A stretch of DNA of 64,000 nt from Octopus sinensis (lineage: Eukaryota). The stretch is from NCBI RefSeq assembly GCF_006345805.1, contig NC_043025.1, forward strand, positions 9,114,001 through 9,178,000, given 5' to 3'. A model generated the notes under the pieces. The model searched no databases. It was not told where the DNA came from and saw nothing but the letters and a program-made list of their open reading frames with translations. Position numbers and translations under genes: made by a program. Positions 25,120 through 39,295 of this stretch are shown piece after piece (the first letter of the stretch is position 1; each line of letters opens with the position of its first letter).

Positions 25120-25800
25120 AAGAAGGTTTGAAAATGCAATGTTAAAAAATGTTTATTTATTTGACCGGTTTCACTTATTTAGAAAAAATTGTCAAAAGCA
25201 ACATGTAAATATTACAATACATATATACATTCTTTGATAATAATAATAAGAAGAAGAACATGTTAAAATAGTTTACAAGGGAATATCTTGTGAAAATATA
25301 AAAAGAATTTTACAAGTTCATTAAAATATTGGGTACAAAAGATTACAATACATATATACATTCTTTGATAATAATAAGAACATGTTAAAAACAGTTTACA
25401 GAAAGAATTATTTAAAAGATCAGAGGAAAATTGGTATTGTATCTGTATATATACACACAGAAAATTATAAGTTAAAAAAGGTTACATTTTGGTAGTATAT
25501 AAATGTACAATGAGGGAGATATGTTTAGTTTGAACTGATCTGATTCACCATATTACTGTAAAAGCTTTTACGATGATAAGGTGAATCAGGTCAGTTGAAA
25601 CTAAACATATATCCCTTATTGTACATTTATATACTACCTATATGTTCATATTATTATCAAAGAATGTGTATATGTATTGTAGACAATCAGTACCTAACAC
25701 AACAAAGCTTTACATGTTACTTTTGACAATCTTTTTCTAAGAGGGTGAAACCGGTCAAGTAAATAAACATCTTTTAAAATTGCATGTACAAACCTTCATT
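25120..25800. repeat. Long imperfect nested inverted repeat
   Basis: 25121-25250 pairs with 25645-25800; 25492-25550 pairs with 25578-25638; both outer arms carry GAAACCGGTC facing outward. Confidence 0.75.
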
Positions 25801-26260
25801 CATATATATATATATTCTTTTATTCTTTTATATGTTTTAACCCTGAGGCTGTGTCGATGCTGGGGTCCCACCAGTGTAAACGCTTTTCGACTGGCCGAGT
25901 TTATGGGATTGGCCGGAGTTCGCTACCGCTGCAGTCTTTTGAGTTTCCTGCCCTGATATTGGTTCACTTGGATAACAAGAGGTCAAGTTGTATGTTGAAA
26001 CATCTACACCCACTCCTCAGATGTGTTGGCAAGGCGTTAAATATCTGTGAGCACTTGAACTCCAAACTATTGCAGTATATTCTCTTAATATTAAATGAGA
26101 GAGCCGGGACTTTTGGAACAGTGCAGTAACGTCCAATTCGACGTCTGGTATAATTCTGAATTCTAAAGTTTGATACCAGCTTGCCTAGTAACTTCCACAC
26201 ATATCACTACATACCTCTCCGGTTTTCGCTCCATGGACTAGAGTCCTAACTCTTTCATAT
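25800..26260 (-). mobile_element. LINE 3' end (CR1/L2-group-like)
   Basis: RYCTVPKVP...NSLEFKCSQIFNALPTHLR...FNIQLDLLLSK. Confidence 0.6.
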
Positions 26261-26651
26261 ATATATATACTTATATAATATACATATGTGTGCGAGTGTG
26301 TGTGTGTGACTTAGTCTCTATGTTTGTACTCACTACTGCTTCACAACCTATGTTAGTGCATTTAATTCCTCGTCAGTTAGCGATTTCGCATAAGCGGCTG
26401 ACAAGGTAAGTACCAGGGTTTAAAAGAATAGTTAGTGATCTCGATTCGTTCGAGTTACATACTTCAAGGTGATTCTCCTGCTGCAAAGCAGTCAACTTAC
26501 TGAAACAATTAAAAGAGGAAAGATACGTACATACGTACATACAGGCAAATATACATACATACATACATACATACATACATACATACATACATACATACAT
26601 ACATACATACATACATACATACATACATACATACATACATACATACATACA

Positions 26652-28080
26652 TAGCTGGTGAGGAATAAGCGAATGGTTTCAACGACATTCTTTATTCCAT
26701 ATCCCTGCAATTGTGTCAACACATCACTCCCGTAGTTCATTGATGAGATGATATGGTTAATATCTTGTGTGATCACTGCCATTCATCAAAAGGGGAACAT
26801 GTGTCTGTGAAATGATAGTATGATCTAACGTAGAACTTATTGAAATACTCACCTAAAAGCATATTTTACACCTACGATAGATGGTAAGGATTGAGCTGAG
26901 ACCCCCGTCGGTCATGACTGACCGTGGGATTGCACCTAGAAATTTACCCTCCCAGGCACAAGTCCGGACAAGGTTGTTTATGGAAGACCAGCAGTCGCTC
27001 ATGCATGCCGGCCTCCCCTCTCCATCTAAGGGAAAGGCGACGGCCGATACAGCTTGAAACCTGTGATGTCGCAACTCATTTCTACAGCTGAGTGAACTGG
27101 AGCAACGCGAAATAAAGGGTCTTGCTCAAGAATACAACACCCAGCCCGGTCCAGGATTCGAACTCACAACCTCACGATTGTAAGCTCCACGCTCTAACCA
27201 CTGATCCATGCACTATATATTAATTACATCATCTGAACAATATACAATGGTAGTGTTATGGAATATAGAATATCGTTTAATTCATTCTCTCTTATCCACC
27301 TCTGTATAAACACTAAACAGAAAAAGGAAAAAGAAACAATTTTTCCACAATAAAAAACCGAGATACAACAGACATAATTCAAAAATCTTTAGTACCAGTC
27401 TTCAACGCGGGTTTCGAAATAGCAAATCCAAATCGCCATACAATAACACCATATAAACACCAGTTGCTGATGTCACATAAATCATTGAAATTTTACATCT
27501 GATCAGAACCGAACTTGAGCAAATACAACAAAGTGACGCTTTAAGAGAATCAACCAACTGGAATGGCTGATGACCGTCCCCCACAGGGACGTCAATCAGG
27601 CAGAACCACAACCTTGCCCACCAGAAAAATTAGACGTCACCTGTAATTTAATGAATCAAATATCAGATCGGTTCACGGAAATAATTGTAAACACATCCAA
27701 TTCCAAAAAACGCCGTTACAAGCAAAAGTCCTTGCACACGACGGAAAATGATTCACAGGGACTGTGCTCAAAGATTTCCCTTTTTCCACCATCTCCATTT
27801 CTCCCTTGTTTTTCTCCTTCTTAACTCTGTATGGCCGAAACTCTAATGATACACATTTCTAATCGATCTTTTGAATTTTATGCTTTTAAACAAGATGTTC
27901 CACATTTTTTATATTATTGAATGTTATGAATATTTAAATCATATTTCATATTACTGAAACTTGTAAACATTGAAACAAGTTTTTCTAGTTCATTATTTTA
28001 AGTATTGTTGAAACTAATTTGGTATGTATGTAAATAAGGTTATTTAAAAACAATTCAAATAAGGTTATTTTTAAAAAATC
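26652..28080. repeat. Duplicated intronic module X (copy 1), including a LINE C-terminal remnant
   Basis: Colinear with 36160-37390 except for the SINE insertion; minus frame LLYGDLDLLFRNP versus ILYGDSDMRFRNP in copy 2. Confidence 0.85.
26893..27211 (-). mobile_element. tRNA-derived SINE inserted only in module X copy 1
   Basis: Minus strand TGGATCAGTGG (A box) and GAGTTCGAATCC (B box); absent at the equivalent point (about 36369) of copy 2. Confidence 0.85.
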
Positions 28081-28188
28081 CAAATTTAGGTGCATTGTGA
28101 ATAACAAATTTTTATATAGTTTTGCTCCTCATATATACATACATACATATATATATATACATATATTTATAAACATATATATATATAT

Positions 28189-28254
<66 letters not shown>

Positions 28255-28369
28255 TTTTATCCGAGGGAAGGCAATGCGAGCAACAACCACAGGAGCATCA
28301 CAAAATCCACAGAAAGACCAAACACATACAAATCGTCATATACTCATTTATATCTATAAAGCCCAACAT

Positions 28370-30500
28370 TTAGATCCTAATCTACACATTTTTTGTGATA
28401 AAACAGGGAATATTTATTCAGTGCCTTATGAAACTTATGATAGATTGATATCCACAGAGCTGCACGCTAAATACAAAATCGCCAAGAAATCGGCTCTTAC
28501 CGACATTAATAATAGACACTACGACTTAATTTCTGAATTAGGAATCCTTGACTGCACGCAATCTTATGATCCTAAGACCCCGCACTGCACCCTAAAGGCC
28601 CATTAAAAAGATTTTCTTGCCAAACTGTCAATACGATTAATTTGCCCAACTAAATCTGACTTGGGTAGAATCAGCAAATCCATATTGGATAGAATTATTC
28701 CGGTGATAAGAGAAAGGACGAGGTTGCCCTTATGGGAATCTACCAATAATGTTTTATATTGGTTTCACACAATTAAATGTGTTGACTCATTTGTACAATT
28801 TGATATTTCGAATTACTACTCCTCGATCTCTCCTATCTTACTGAATGAAGCAATCATTTTCGCCCGAAACTTTGTTGAAATATCGAATCTAGATATTGAT
28901 ATTATTCAAGCAGCAAGAATGACTCTGATAAATTATGGAAAGCACCACTGGTCTAAATCGGATTCATTTAATTTATTCGACATCACTATGGGATTATCTG
29001 ACTCGGCTCAAGTAACGGATATTGTTGGTCTATTTTTGTTAGACAAGTTTAAGTGGTTTTTCCCATCGCTATCCGGAGGGATTTATTGGGATGACGCATT
29101 GTTCATCGTCTCTAATCATTCAAATGCTCAGATTGAAAGAATGAAGAAGGACCTTAGAGAATTTTTCAAGGACCTTTATAATTTGAGCATCGTTTTTGAG
29201 AATGATCCTAAAGTGGCAGATTTCATCGACATCACTCTCGATATGAATACTAACTTACACTACCCTTTCCGAAAACCAAACCAAACTTTCCGATATATCA
29301 ATGTTTCCTCAAATCATCCCAAATCAACCATCAATAGCATTGTAACTGCAATTTCTATCAGAATCTCAGACCTATCGACAAATGAAAACATATTTAATCA
29401 ACACGCCCCAATATACAACAATGCCTTAAAATTGAGTGGGCTCACAAATAATATTGAATACATACACAATACAAAATTAAAAATTAAATTGGCCAGCATG
29501 GTCAGCGACGATATGAAACGGATTTCGGATAGCAGAGTCTCCCCTCATGATCCCCAAGGAACTCGCAACAAGCTGATAATGACCAATATTTATGCTGATA
29601 AAATGAGATTTGGAAAAAAGAGAAATAAATGTGATGTGGTTGGTTTTGTAAATGGTAACCACGTTAATAAGGTTAATAATGAGAATTGTAATGATGAAAA
29701 TACCATGGATGATAACAGCAACGGGAGGAAAGGGGTTGCAAATAATAGGAGTCATAAATGTGAATTGAGGTTTAAAGTTGGGCTTAGGTCTAGTGAAGGT
29801 GAAAATAGGAATAAGAATAATACTAATAGTAGTAAAAATAAAAATATAAATATTACTAATAGATACAGCAATGGCCTTACATTTAGTACATCAAGTCAAG
29901 CAACATATTGTAATCCCATTATTAATACTAAGTCTAGGATTCGTCAAGTTACTTGGTTTGCCTCTCCCTTGTCATTAAGGGTGAAACGTTTACCAAAGCT
30001 ATTTTTAAAGTTATTGAAGGAAAATTTCCCAAAACATCATCAAGTTGGCCTACTCAGACACTCCCAATGTCGGATCTATTGTTGCTTCGTTGAAAAGAAG
30101 TAAAATAAGGCGCTATAATGATAGAAATGATGACAGACGTTTTAATGGAAAATTAATTAACGACATAGAAGATAGTAGTAATATTAATAGTACGTCTTCT
30201 GAAATCGATTATGAAGGGCGTATTGGAATGACAAATAATGCAAATAATAAAGATAATCATAATAATGATGTTGGTGATGATATTAGTGATTATAATGATT
30301 ATCAGGGTGGTAATAATAGTGTTAATTGTAGTGATAATAGTAATACAAATATTAGTAAAAATGAAAATTAAAATAAAAATGATGGTAATAGTAAGAATAA
30401 CAATACATATACATATAACAATACATATACCGGAAAATAGTACGAACGATGGTGTAAATGATATGGTGGATCCTAGTACTGGGAGGGGCATGTTTTCGGA
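28370..30500 (+). mobile_element. Penelope-like element RT (Hydra-clade-like), disrupted, GIY-YIG missing
   Basis: FCDKTGNIY...LKAH*KDF (single TAA at 28604) RLICPTKSDLGRISK...QFDISNYY...GIYWDDAL...YINVSSNHP...RQVTWFASP; frameshift near 30045; ends in N/D-rich sequence and (TA)n. The clade name is an inference. Confidence 0.85.
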
Positions 30501-30616
30501 GTGATCAGTAATAACATAGAATTAAAAACAATTAATATAATATACAAAATATATAAAATATAAAATTTAAATTATTTAAATTTAAAGTTAAAAATTTTAA
30601 ATTATTAATTTATATT

Positions 30617-30706
<90 letters not shown>

Positions 30707-32239
30707 TAATGTAGGATTAAATGTTTTTCGACAAAAAATTTTTATAAACGGCCAGCATATCAAAAAGTAACTTTAAAGGTTAAATTTATAAATAATTTAC
30801 AAAATGAGGGCAAAAGAAAAATTCTAATGCCAAATATGTCGAAAAAAAGACGAAATTGTCAATAACCATTATAATTTATGCGTCTCGAAACAAACCGATA
30901 GAAATTTCTAAAAAATCCGTTATTACCGTATTGTAATTTCGGGGTTAATTCATAAGAATGTTCCCCTCTTCAGTGATATATACGTGAGATATACATGAAA
31001 TACTTACTCATACCCATGGAAAAAGCAAGCACTAAGTCCTGAGCAGAATTACATATATATATATATATATATATATATGTAGGACAGGTTTCTTTCAAAC
31101 TGAAAGTATTATCTCGCATTACAATAGAGACGTAATACTGAAATACTGTAAGAGATAAAAGATTGCTCTGGGCTCGCGTTAGGCAAGAAGTTGGAATATT
31201 TTTGGCCCATGTCTCTGCATGGAGCTTGGCTTTTGTATTTGACGACTGTTGCTTTAAATATTTTATTTGTATGTATATATTTAGGTTTGAGACAATGAGG
31301 CAGACCTCTGCAATGTAGCTAGGGGAAATAGCTCAAAACACCCTACTGTCTTAATCCGAAAATGCTACCTATTATGTAGTTTGAATGAGAAACTGAAACG
31401 AAAGATTAAGGTTATTAACCCCTAAATGTTACCTGTTTTAATAGCAATTGATCTTTTCTCTTTTTTGCGTAGTTTTCATGTCAGCTGCAAAAGTGAAGAG
31501 GGTTAACTTGGACAGTGTTAAGTAGTGGAGATGTTTGTTTATTGTACGTGGTGATTACTTTTGACTGTTTCTTCTCCATAAGGATAAATGATTGAAAACG
31601 AATCTTAACACAATATATATACAACTTCAAGTGGAATCGGACTTAATACGAGAGACAGAGAGAGGAAAGAAGAGAGACAGCATAGCGATGGTTTTGGCTG
31701 ACTGTCATCATGTACGCCACTTGTTGTGCTGGCTCTCTGAACAAACTCGTTGCTTTTAATGGCGGAAAAACAGGACGAAAAGATTACAAAAATAGCGATT
31801 CTCATTTTAAAACCAGCAATTTTGAAAATCATTTTAAATTACGGAACGCCCTGCTCTCTCATGTGTCCATGTTTAAAATTACAGTGCGATCGGATGAAAA
31901 ATACTCAACTTATAAGCGCACAAATAGACAGACAGAACGGATTTGATGTATTAGATATATATACATATATATTGTCAAGAGATGGTAGGGGACAAACAGA
32001 AGCTCAAAGGTGGTGGTCTCTTTGCGTCTCTGCAAATTAACGCTTCAGCAAAAGGGACTGATAGAATAAGTAGCAAACTTTATAAAAATAAGTAAAGAGT
32101 TCAATTTGTTCTAGTAATACTCTTTAATGTGATACTCCAGTATGGCCGCCGTCTACTGGCTAGAACAGGGAAGAGACAAAATGTAGGTTCATACGTACAT
32201 ACATAAATAAATGGTCCAACAACCGGATTACTGTCTCCT

Positions 32240-32720
32240 AATTTGAAGGGTATCCGTTTGCAATCCAGGAACAGGAACCTAATACCTGATGCACAAAAGG
32301 GACAAAGATGCAGGCAAAACAGTAAAGCGTGACAGCCGATGCAGATTACGTGGCGGTAACACCGAAGATATCACCCATATTACAAGCAGTGGTCCGAAAT
32401 TGTCATCATGTTATTATCTACCGATGTGACATGATGTAGCTAGGACACTGTATAATGAAATCCGTCGGAACGATGATCCAAAGAAAAAGATATAAAATCC
32501 CACAATATGGTGCAAGCTAAAACCGCTACCAATAAAATGGAGTGTTGCCGGAATGTCCCAGTGGAAATCCCAATGAAATGTAAGCACAATAGACCTGACA
32601 TGGTGATTTGGGATTGAGGAGAGAAACTGTGTACACTTGTGGAAATCAGCTGCCCAGTGGATGTTAACATGAAGCTAAAGATCAACGAAAAAGAAAATAC
32701 TTTCGTTGAACTATTGAGTA
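32240..32720 (+). mobile_element. REL-endonuclease non-LTR retrotransposon fragment (R4/NeSL-like)
   Basis: CRLRGGNTEDITHITSS (degraded CCHC), *HDVA, HNRPDMVIWD, VEISCPVDVN...KINEK. Confidence 0.75.
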
Positions 32721-33409
32721 ATCTGCAGGAATTCTTCATTTCATCCTCCTCCCATCGTTCTCCTCCTCTTCTTTTTCATCTGAATTGTTAGAATATTCAG
32801 TGATAATATCAATATCAACATTCTCATCCGCTTTCGCGTAATCATAACAACCTTCAACATCGTATTTATGATCAACATTATCGCTGTCATCATCATCATC
32901 ATCATCATCATCTTCGTCATCATCATCACGATCATAATATTGATGGTCATCATCGTCTCACCCTTCTCTCTCATTGTCCTCTTTTCTCACTTCATCTGAT
33001 TCTTAATACTCAACATTTATTATTTCGAAACGGGATCCATGAATATTCCACGGAATTAATAATAAAACGTTTCGGTAACTCCTGAAAAATTTATCCAAAA
33101 AATCTGAAAGCGTAGACTGTGTTGTGTGTGTATGAAAAGAATGATTCTCATCTGCTATTCAATGAAAATTGAAGTAAGCACTTTATATCTGTACTTTATA
33201 TACTTCATGTACGATTTTATAGACTTAATACACAGCAATCATAAAATAAATATTCAATATTTTTTCCATTTACCCCATAGAGAGAAAAAAATTACATTTT
33301 AAAATTTACATGGCCACAAATTAATATCAATAAAACAAAATATTATAGTAAAAAAAATATTTTATAGGTAAAACAGAGGGTTGAAAATTAAATGCAACAT
33401 GGCATCGTC

Positions 33410-34835
33410 TCCATAATAATCATCATCATTGTCCCCCGAATCCTCCTCACCGTCCTTATTACAACTGTTACCATCAACATCGCCATCATCCTCCCCCTCA
33501 TCATGAACATAAACATTATCTCGGCCATTTTCTCCTATATCGTCCTTTTCTTCTTAATATGATTCTAAAGATACAAGATTTAATATTTTATCAGAAATTT
33601 TTTTAATACTTGTTCTTTTGACCCGTGTTTTATGTTTCAGAGAGTTCTGGAATAATGAGATCCGAAACATCCCACAAGGATCCTTTGAAAATCTTCCAAA
33701 TTTAGAGGAAATGTAAGTTGCTTAAGTTTTTTGATATTATTTTATTTACGAAATTTTTCTAGGGATTTCATGTCTTCATGTCTTCTCATCTTTCTTTTTC
33801 TCTCTGTATCTCTAACGTATATTCCGATACCATATTCGTGTTGGAGTGTGTATGAAAGTCTCTGCAATTGTTTGTGTCTGTATGTGTCTGCATAAATGTC
33901 TAACATTTTGTGTATGAGTGTACGATTGCACGTGAATATTTATGTTTGTATTTGTGTCTATAGGTGGGTATATTAGGAAATATATATTTATGCAGAGTTC
34001 ATTTGAAAAATCTATATACACTTCAAGAAAAGAAAAGAACGTATAGAAATATATTCGTTCTCACCTTTTTGAGATGCTGCTTCATTGATATGAGTTATTT
34101 TAAATTCTACAATTACAAGAGGTGCCTAAATTGGAAGTCGTCATTTTCTGTTTGTATAGTGAGCTACAGCTGGGGCAATTTGGTCAAACTGTCCAGTGTG
34201 ATGGCTTCTTATGCCGTTTCAGTTTCTTTAGGAAGGAAGTTAGAGTAGTCAGTCGTCCACAATATAAGACAATGTTTGGTGTGTCCCTCGTACGTTTGTC
34301 TGTAAGTGTAATGATATTACTTACGTTGATATATTTTTATTGTCATTTCTATCCTCATTCGTAATTGTCATATTGTTTTGCTTGTCCATCTTGTCTGTTT
34401 TCTTGCTACTATCTTTTCTTCATCATCGACTTCCTCGTTGTTACTGATTTTGTTGTTGCTGTTGTTGTTGTTGCTATTGTTGTTCTTCTTCTTAACATAA
34501 CGAAATACATTATAATCGAACCGAGTGAAACCTGGTTTATTGAGGGAGGTGCTTTTTGAAATGTCACCTGATGAGAAACATCTGCACAGAAAGATGCACC
34601 GCGGCAACTCGACCATTATCTCATCCGTGAGGGGCTGATTAAAGACGGGTTGAAACGGCCGTAGTGATTAACGAATCATGTAAAATCAATTTTCCCTTTC
34701 CCTCATGTGTGTGTATGCGCGCGCGTGTGTGTGTGTGTGTGCATGTGTGTGTGTGTGTGAGTATACGCTTAGACGTTGGTATGGCTGTGTGATAACAATT
34801 TTGCTTCTGTATTCTGACCCTCTGCGTGTACTCTG
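33410..34835 (+). repeat. Duplicated LRR exon cassette, copy A
   Basis: Colinear with about 55585-57145 on both sides of the exon. Confidence 0.92.
33641..33712 (+). CDS. Single leucine-rich-repeat exon (24 aa, typical LRR class)
   Basis: tatgtttcag acceptor, GTAAGT donor at 33713; 72 nt, phase 2/2; (x)EFWNNEIRNIPQGSFENLPNLEE(I) fits LxLxxNxIxxIPxxxFxxLPxLxxL. Confidence 0.9.
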
Positions 34836-34837
34836 GT

Positions 34838-36110
34838 CTTCTCCTTTCTTCTTTTATTACTTTTCCTATTATAGGTTCCTCTATACACTTCTCTGAGTCT
34901 GAGACCTTCTCTTTCTCCGTCTTCAGTTTCTCCATCTCACCCTCTTGTAGTTGAGTTCCTGAATCTTCCGTCAATTCACCTGTCATCTTCATACTTGCTT
35001 CCTCCTTCTCTGACTCATTATCACAAACCTTCTTAATTATTTTTTAACTTTCCTTTCCCACTCTAGCGTGAATTCTCCTTCCGCTGTTTTCTGATTATTT
35101 TCGACACCCTTTTCAGTCTCTCTCTGCTCCCTCCGTTGGCATCTCGCATTCATGTGTCCCTCCTCGCAACACTCGAAACACACAAGCGGCTTGCTTTCCA
35201 CCTTCACTCCCAGTGCAACACTATCTCCTCTGCCATTCCGTTCAAGTCTTCCACTTTAACCTGGATTGTTAGCTCCAACCAACAGCCCCAGCAGCTTGTT
35301 TGCTCTGGTGGCCCTCAATATTCCAGCCTCGTCCTCCATGTTGTACACAATGGCCGTCATCAGCCATATCTCCTCCAGCTCAGGGGGCACCTGGCCCAAC
35401 CCAACCATCGCCACACGTCCGCCGCAACAGGATGGCAGAAGAATCCATTCTTCTGAGCGGACCGCCTCCGTAGCATGCCTCATCGCTTCCTCCTCCGATG
35501 TGAAACGCACATCCATAGTTGCATACTCCCTGCATCCTGTTCCGAAGGTTATCATCCTTTCATGCCTTCCAGCATCCTCTCGATCCCCTCCACAGTTGCT
35601 ATCTCGATCCTTCCTGTAGCGACCCTCACAGTCCTGTATGTCACTGTCTTCCTCATAACGCTGTTCATTAGCTCCTCGGGTGGTGTCAATTTCATCTTCT
35701 CGCCTTCCCCCTCAGCAGCCTATCGCCAGCTTTCATCCTCCTGTCTTCGACCTCTACTTCAAAAGTGTACAATGCTTCTCTCCCCGCTTCTCCTCCAATT
35801 GCGGCTGCACAGCAGTGGCCGCCCGATGGCGTCTTCTCCATATTCCTAAATGGGAAAGATCAACCCAACAAAACTTTAACGATATTAACAACGGTATCAA
35901 CAACAGCAACAATCAACAATAAATTCACGTTCCACTCACAAATACAACTCAACTTCAACAACTCGACCTCAAAAACAACACCTATCAACTACAAAATTCT
36001 CTACTCAGCTCGACTCTACTTCGACGTCTTGACTTCTCCCTCTATATCTACGTATTGAACAAGCCTACTTCATCGTCTGGGGGTGTCCACACAACACAAG
36101 TAAACTAGAG
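34838..36110 (-). mobile_element. L1/Tx1-type LINE 5' region (ORF1, disrupted)
   Basis: Minus frames give MDVRFTSEEEAMRHA... and a CCHC knuckle CFECCEEGHMNARC, followed by a charged tail; it interrupts cassette A at the SINE head. Confidence 0.7.
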
Positions 36111-36159
36111 AAGATTGGCACATACATACATACTTGCATATATATATATATATATATAT

Positions 36160-37390
36160 ACCTAATGAAGAATAGGAGAATGGTATCAGCGACTTTATTT
36201 ATTCTATATCAATGCAATTGTGTCTACACATCACATCCGTAGTTCTTGATGAGGTGATATAATTTACATCGTGTGTCATCAGTACAATTCCTTAAAGGTG
36301 GAACGTAGGACTTATTGAAATAATCACCTGAAAAGCATGTCTTACACCTCTGATAGATGGTAAGGATTACGCAATTTATTAATTACATCACCTGAACCAT
36401 GTACAATGTTTGTGAAATCATGTAGTAACAATTATAGTATTATGGAATAAAGAATATCGTTTAATTCATTCCGTCTTATTCACTTTTGTTTAAACACGAA
36501 AGCGAAAATGAAAGAGACACAATTTCTCCACGAAGAGAAAAAAAAACGAGATACAACAGATATTCAAAACGCTTTAGTAACAGTTTTCTAATCGGGTTTC
36601 GAAATCGCATATCCGAATCGCCATACAATATCACCATACACATAGCAGTTGCTGACGTCACCTAACTCTAAAACAATGAAATTTAACTTACAATCAAAAT
36701 CGAACTTCAGCAAATACAACAAAATTACCCTTTAAGAGAATCAACCAACTGGAATGGCTGATGACCGTTCCCCACAGGTAAGCCAACCAGGCAGAATGAA
36801 AATCTTGACCACCAGAAAAATAAGACATCAACAAATATCAGATCCGTTCACTGAAAAAATCGTAAATACAACGGATTCTAAAAAACGCCTTTACAAGCAA
36901 AAGAACCTACACATGTCGGTAAGAGAATCACAGAAACTGTAAACAAAAACTCTTTTTCACTATCTTCATTTCTCCTTTGTTTTTCTCCCTCTTAACTCAG
37001 TATGGCCGAAACTTTGATACTCCGCATTTCTTATCGATCACTACAAACACTATTGAATTTTGTGCATTTGAGCAAAATCATCCACATTTTTTATATATTA
37101 TTGAATGTTATGAACACTTAAAATCATACTTCATCTTACCGAAACTTATAAACATAAAAACATGTTTTTCTAATTCATAATTTTAAATTATTACCATTGA
37201 TAAACAAAAATATAATGTTGAAACTAGTTTGGTATATATATATATTTATTATTTATTTTATTTTATTTTATCTAGTTTCAGCTAACGAGCTGTGGCCATG
37301 CTGGGGCACTGCCATTTAATATAAATATATTTATTTAAAAACAAATACATATTTTTCAAATTTAGGTGCATTTTCAGCAACAAATTTTCG
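36160..37390. repeat. Duplicated intronic module X (copy 2)
   Basis: Colinear with 26652-28080. Confidence 0.85.
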
Positions 37391-37440
37391 TATATGCTTT
37401 TCTGCATGGAAATACAACGCCTCTTTTGCTATATATATAG

Positions 37441-39295
37441 ATATGTTTCTTTATTAGCCACACAGGGCTGCACACAGATAGAACAAATTACAAGGTAGAG
37501 CTTTTCTTTTGAAGGTTTAAAAAAAAAAATAAATAAATAAATAAAAAAAATAATAAATAAAATAAAATATAAAAAAGGGGGGTCGATCAAAAGGGATCGT
37601 AAAAGGAGAGAAAGAGGACAAAAAAGGGGGGGTTAAAAAAAAGGGGGAGAGGAAAAAAATTGATCAATAGGGATCGTTATCACAGAAATGTCAATATGAA
37701 GTGTAAAGGGGAGGACAGGTGAGGTTTACCCGTGGAAAGAAAAGCCTACGGAAAAGACCACGGTAACCTCGGTCAATGAAGTCACATGTTATATTTCTTT
37801 TTTTTTTTTTGCAAATAAGCAACTCTCTGTATTAATTTTTACGGTTCATAGAATCATAGTCAAGGTGGCTTCGTCATTCATACGTGCCATCCTTGCTACA
37901 TTCACCCATCTTTTTTTAAAACATTCACTAGACAAAACTTGCCTCTCTACTCTCACTTTTTTCTTCAAGTGATATTTGAAGAAGTTGATGAGAGATTGAC
38001 CAGAGAGGAAAGTGTTTGTCTCTAATCCTTTCAGACGCGTCCACCAGATACATTCTTTCGCCATAGCCACAAGTATGATAAAAATAGCTCTTCCTTCCCG
38101 TTTGAAGGAAGGAGGCGTGACGATATTAACGATAGACTCGGCTGATAAACCGACACGTCCCACACGTGACAGCAGTCGTTCGACATAAGCCCACAGGTGG
38201 GAAATTGCTGGACACTGCACGATTGCGTGCAGAGCGGTTTCGTCGCTCTGCCCGCATCTCGGGCAGGTCGGCCCCGTGTTTCTCGAGCCATGCCTATAGA
38301 GCTTATCCCGAACGGGTAGCGCTTCTCGGTAGCACCGCCAGGCCAGGTATCTCTGGAAGTTGTCCATAGGTCCCGGGCCGAAAGTCGTTTGAAACAGGCG
38401 GGTCAGGTATTCCTCGTCGACGCCCAGGTTTGCCCCGAGCTCGTCGTCGTACCTCCCCTCCACTAATCCCCTATAGAATGCTTTGGTTGTGTTGAAGTCA
38501 CTCAAGGTCGACCCGGGACGGCAGAGTTGCTTGAGAGCAACGCGACACTCGCGGTGCCATTCGCCCTTCTTCGGCCTCTTTTTGATCCACGACTGTAGTT
38601 CGGTCATGGAGACGAGTTGCGGGAATGCGTGCCTCACAAACGGCGACCACACCTGTTCACCGTCGTCTACATAGAGCCGGAGATGTCGCAGTCTCAGCGC
38701 GTGTCTGCGCATCATCAACCACGGCATGCCCAGCCCTCCTTTTAACGGGTGTTGACAGCAAATGGATCGCCTGACCATCGGGACGCATCCTTTCCACAAG
38801 AAGCGGAAGAGGATGCGTTCTAGTTTGGTGATGGTAGGGTCGGGACAAGGTACGACGGTCAGGCGGGAGTAGATGATGGACGCGATGTACGCGTTCACCA
38901 CCTCCGCCCGACCTTTTAGGGACAGTTTCCTCTCGGCCCATTGCTGGGCGAGAGTGACCACCCTAATCGTTATCTCGTTCCAGTTCTTCTCCATTTGGAG
39001 GTCCGGACCGAACCAGACCCCGAGCAACTCAACCGGGCCGTCTGTCCAGCGTCCCACGACGGAGGTACTGGTGGACGGCATGGGCTTGCTTCTCCAGGTG
39101 CCGAGCCGCAAGCCCACTGACTTTTCCCGGTTGATTTTTGCTCCTGTCACCGCTTCGTAGTCTTTCAGTGTCTCGCCGACCCGCTCGATGTGCTCGTGGC
39201 TTGACACTATGACGGTGACGTCGTCCGCGTATGCAGACACGCTCGTCCCGCATCCTAATTCTCGCGGGATGCCCCTCAGAGTCGCCAGCTTCCGC

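Noticed and set aside
28604-28606. Programmed readthrough or selenocysteine in the Penelope ORF
   Set aside because: The stop is TAA (likely from AAA, Lys), not TGA, and the element has further frameshifts; simple decay.
31750-32040. ORF with hydrophobic stretch and CSLMCPC...C resembling signal peptide plus LRR N-cap
   Set aside because: No convincing splice donor, and the DNA resembles the minus-strand 5' end of a non-autonomous Helitron-like repeat (…GACAGACAG…GATATATATA); treated as coincidence unless RNA-seq says otherwise.
34122-34364. Shared ORF SELQLGQFGQTV...FGVSLVRL in both cassettes (also 56262-56789)
   Set aside because: Similarity follows from the recent duplication; the frame runs into low-complexity sequence, has no recognisable domain and shows no bias toward synonymous change.
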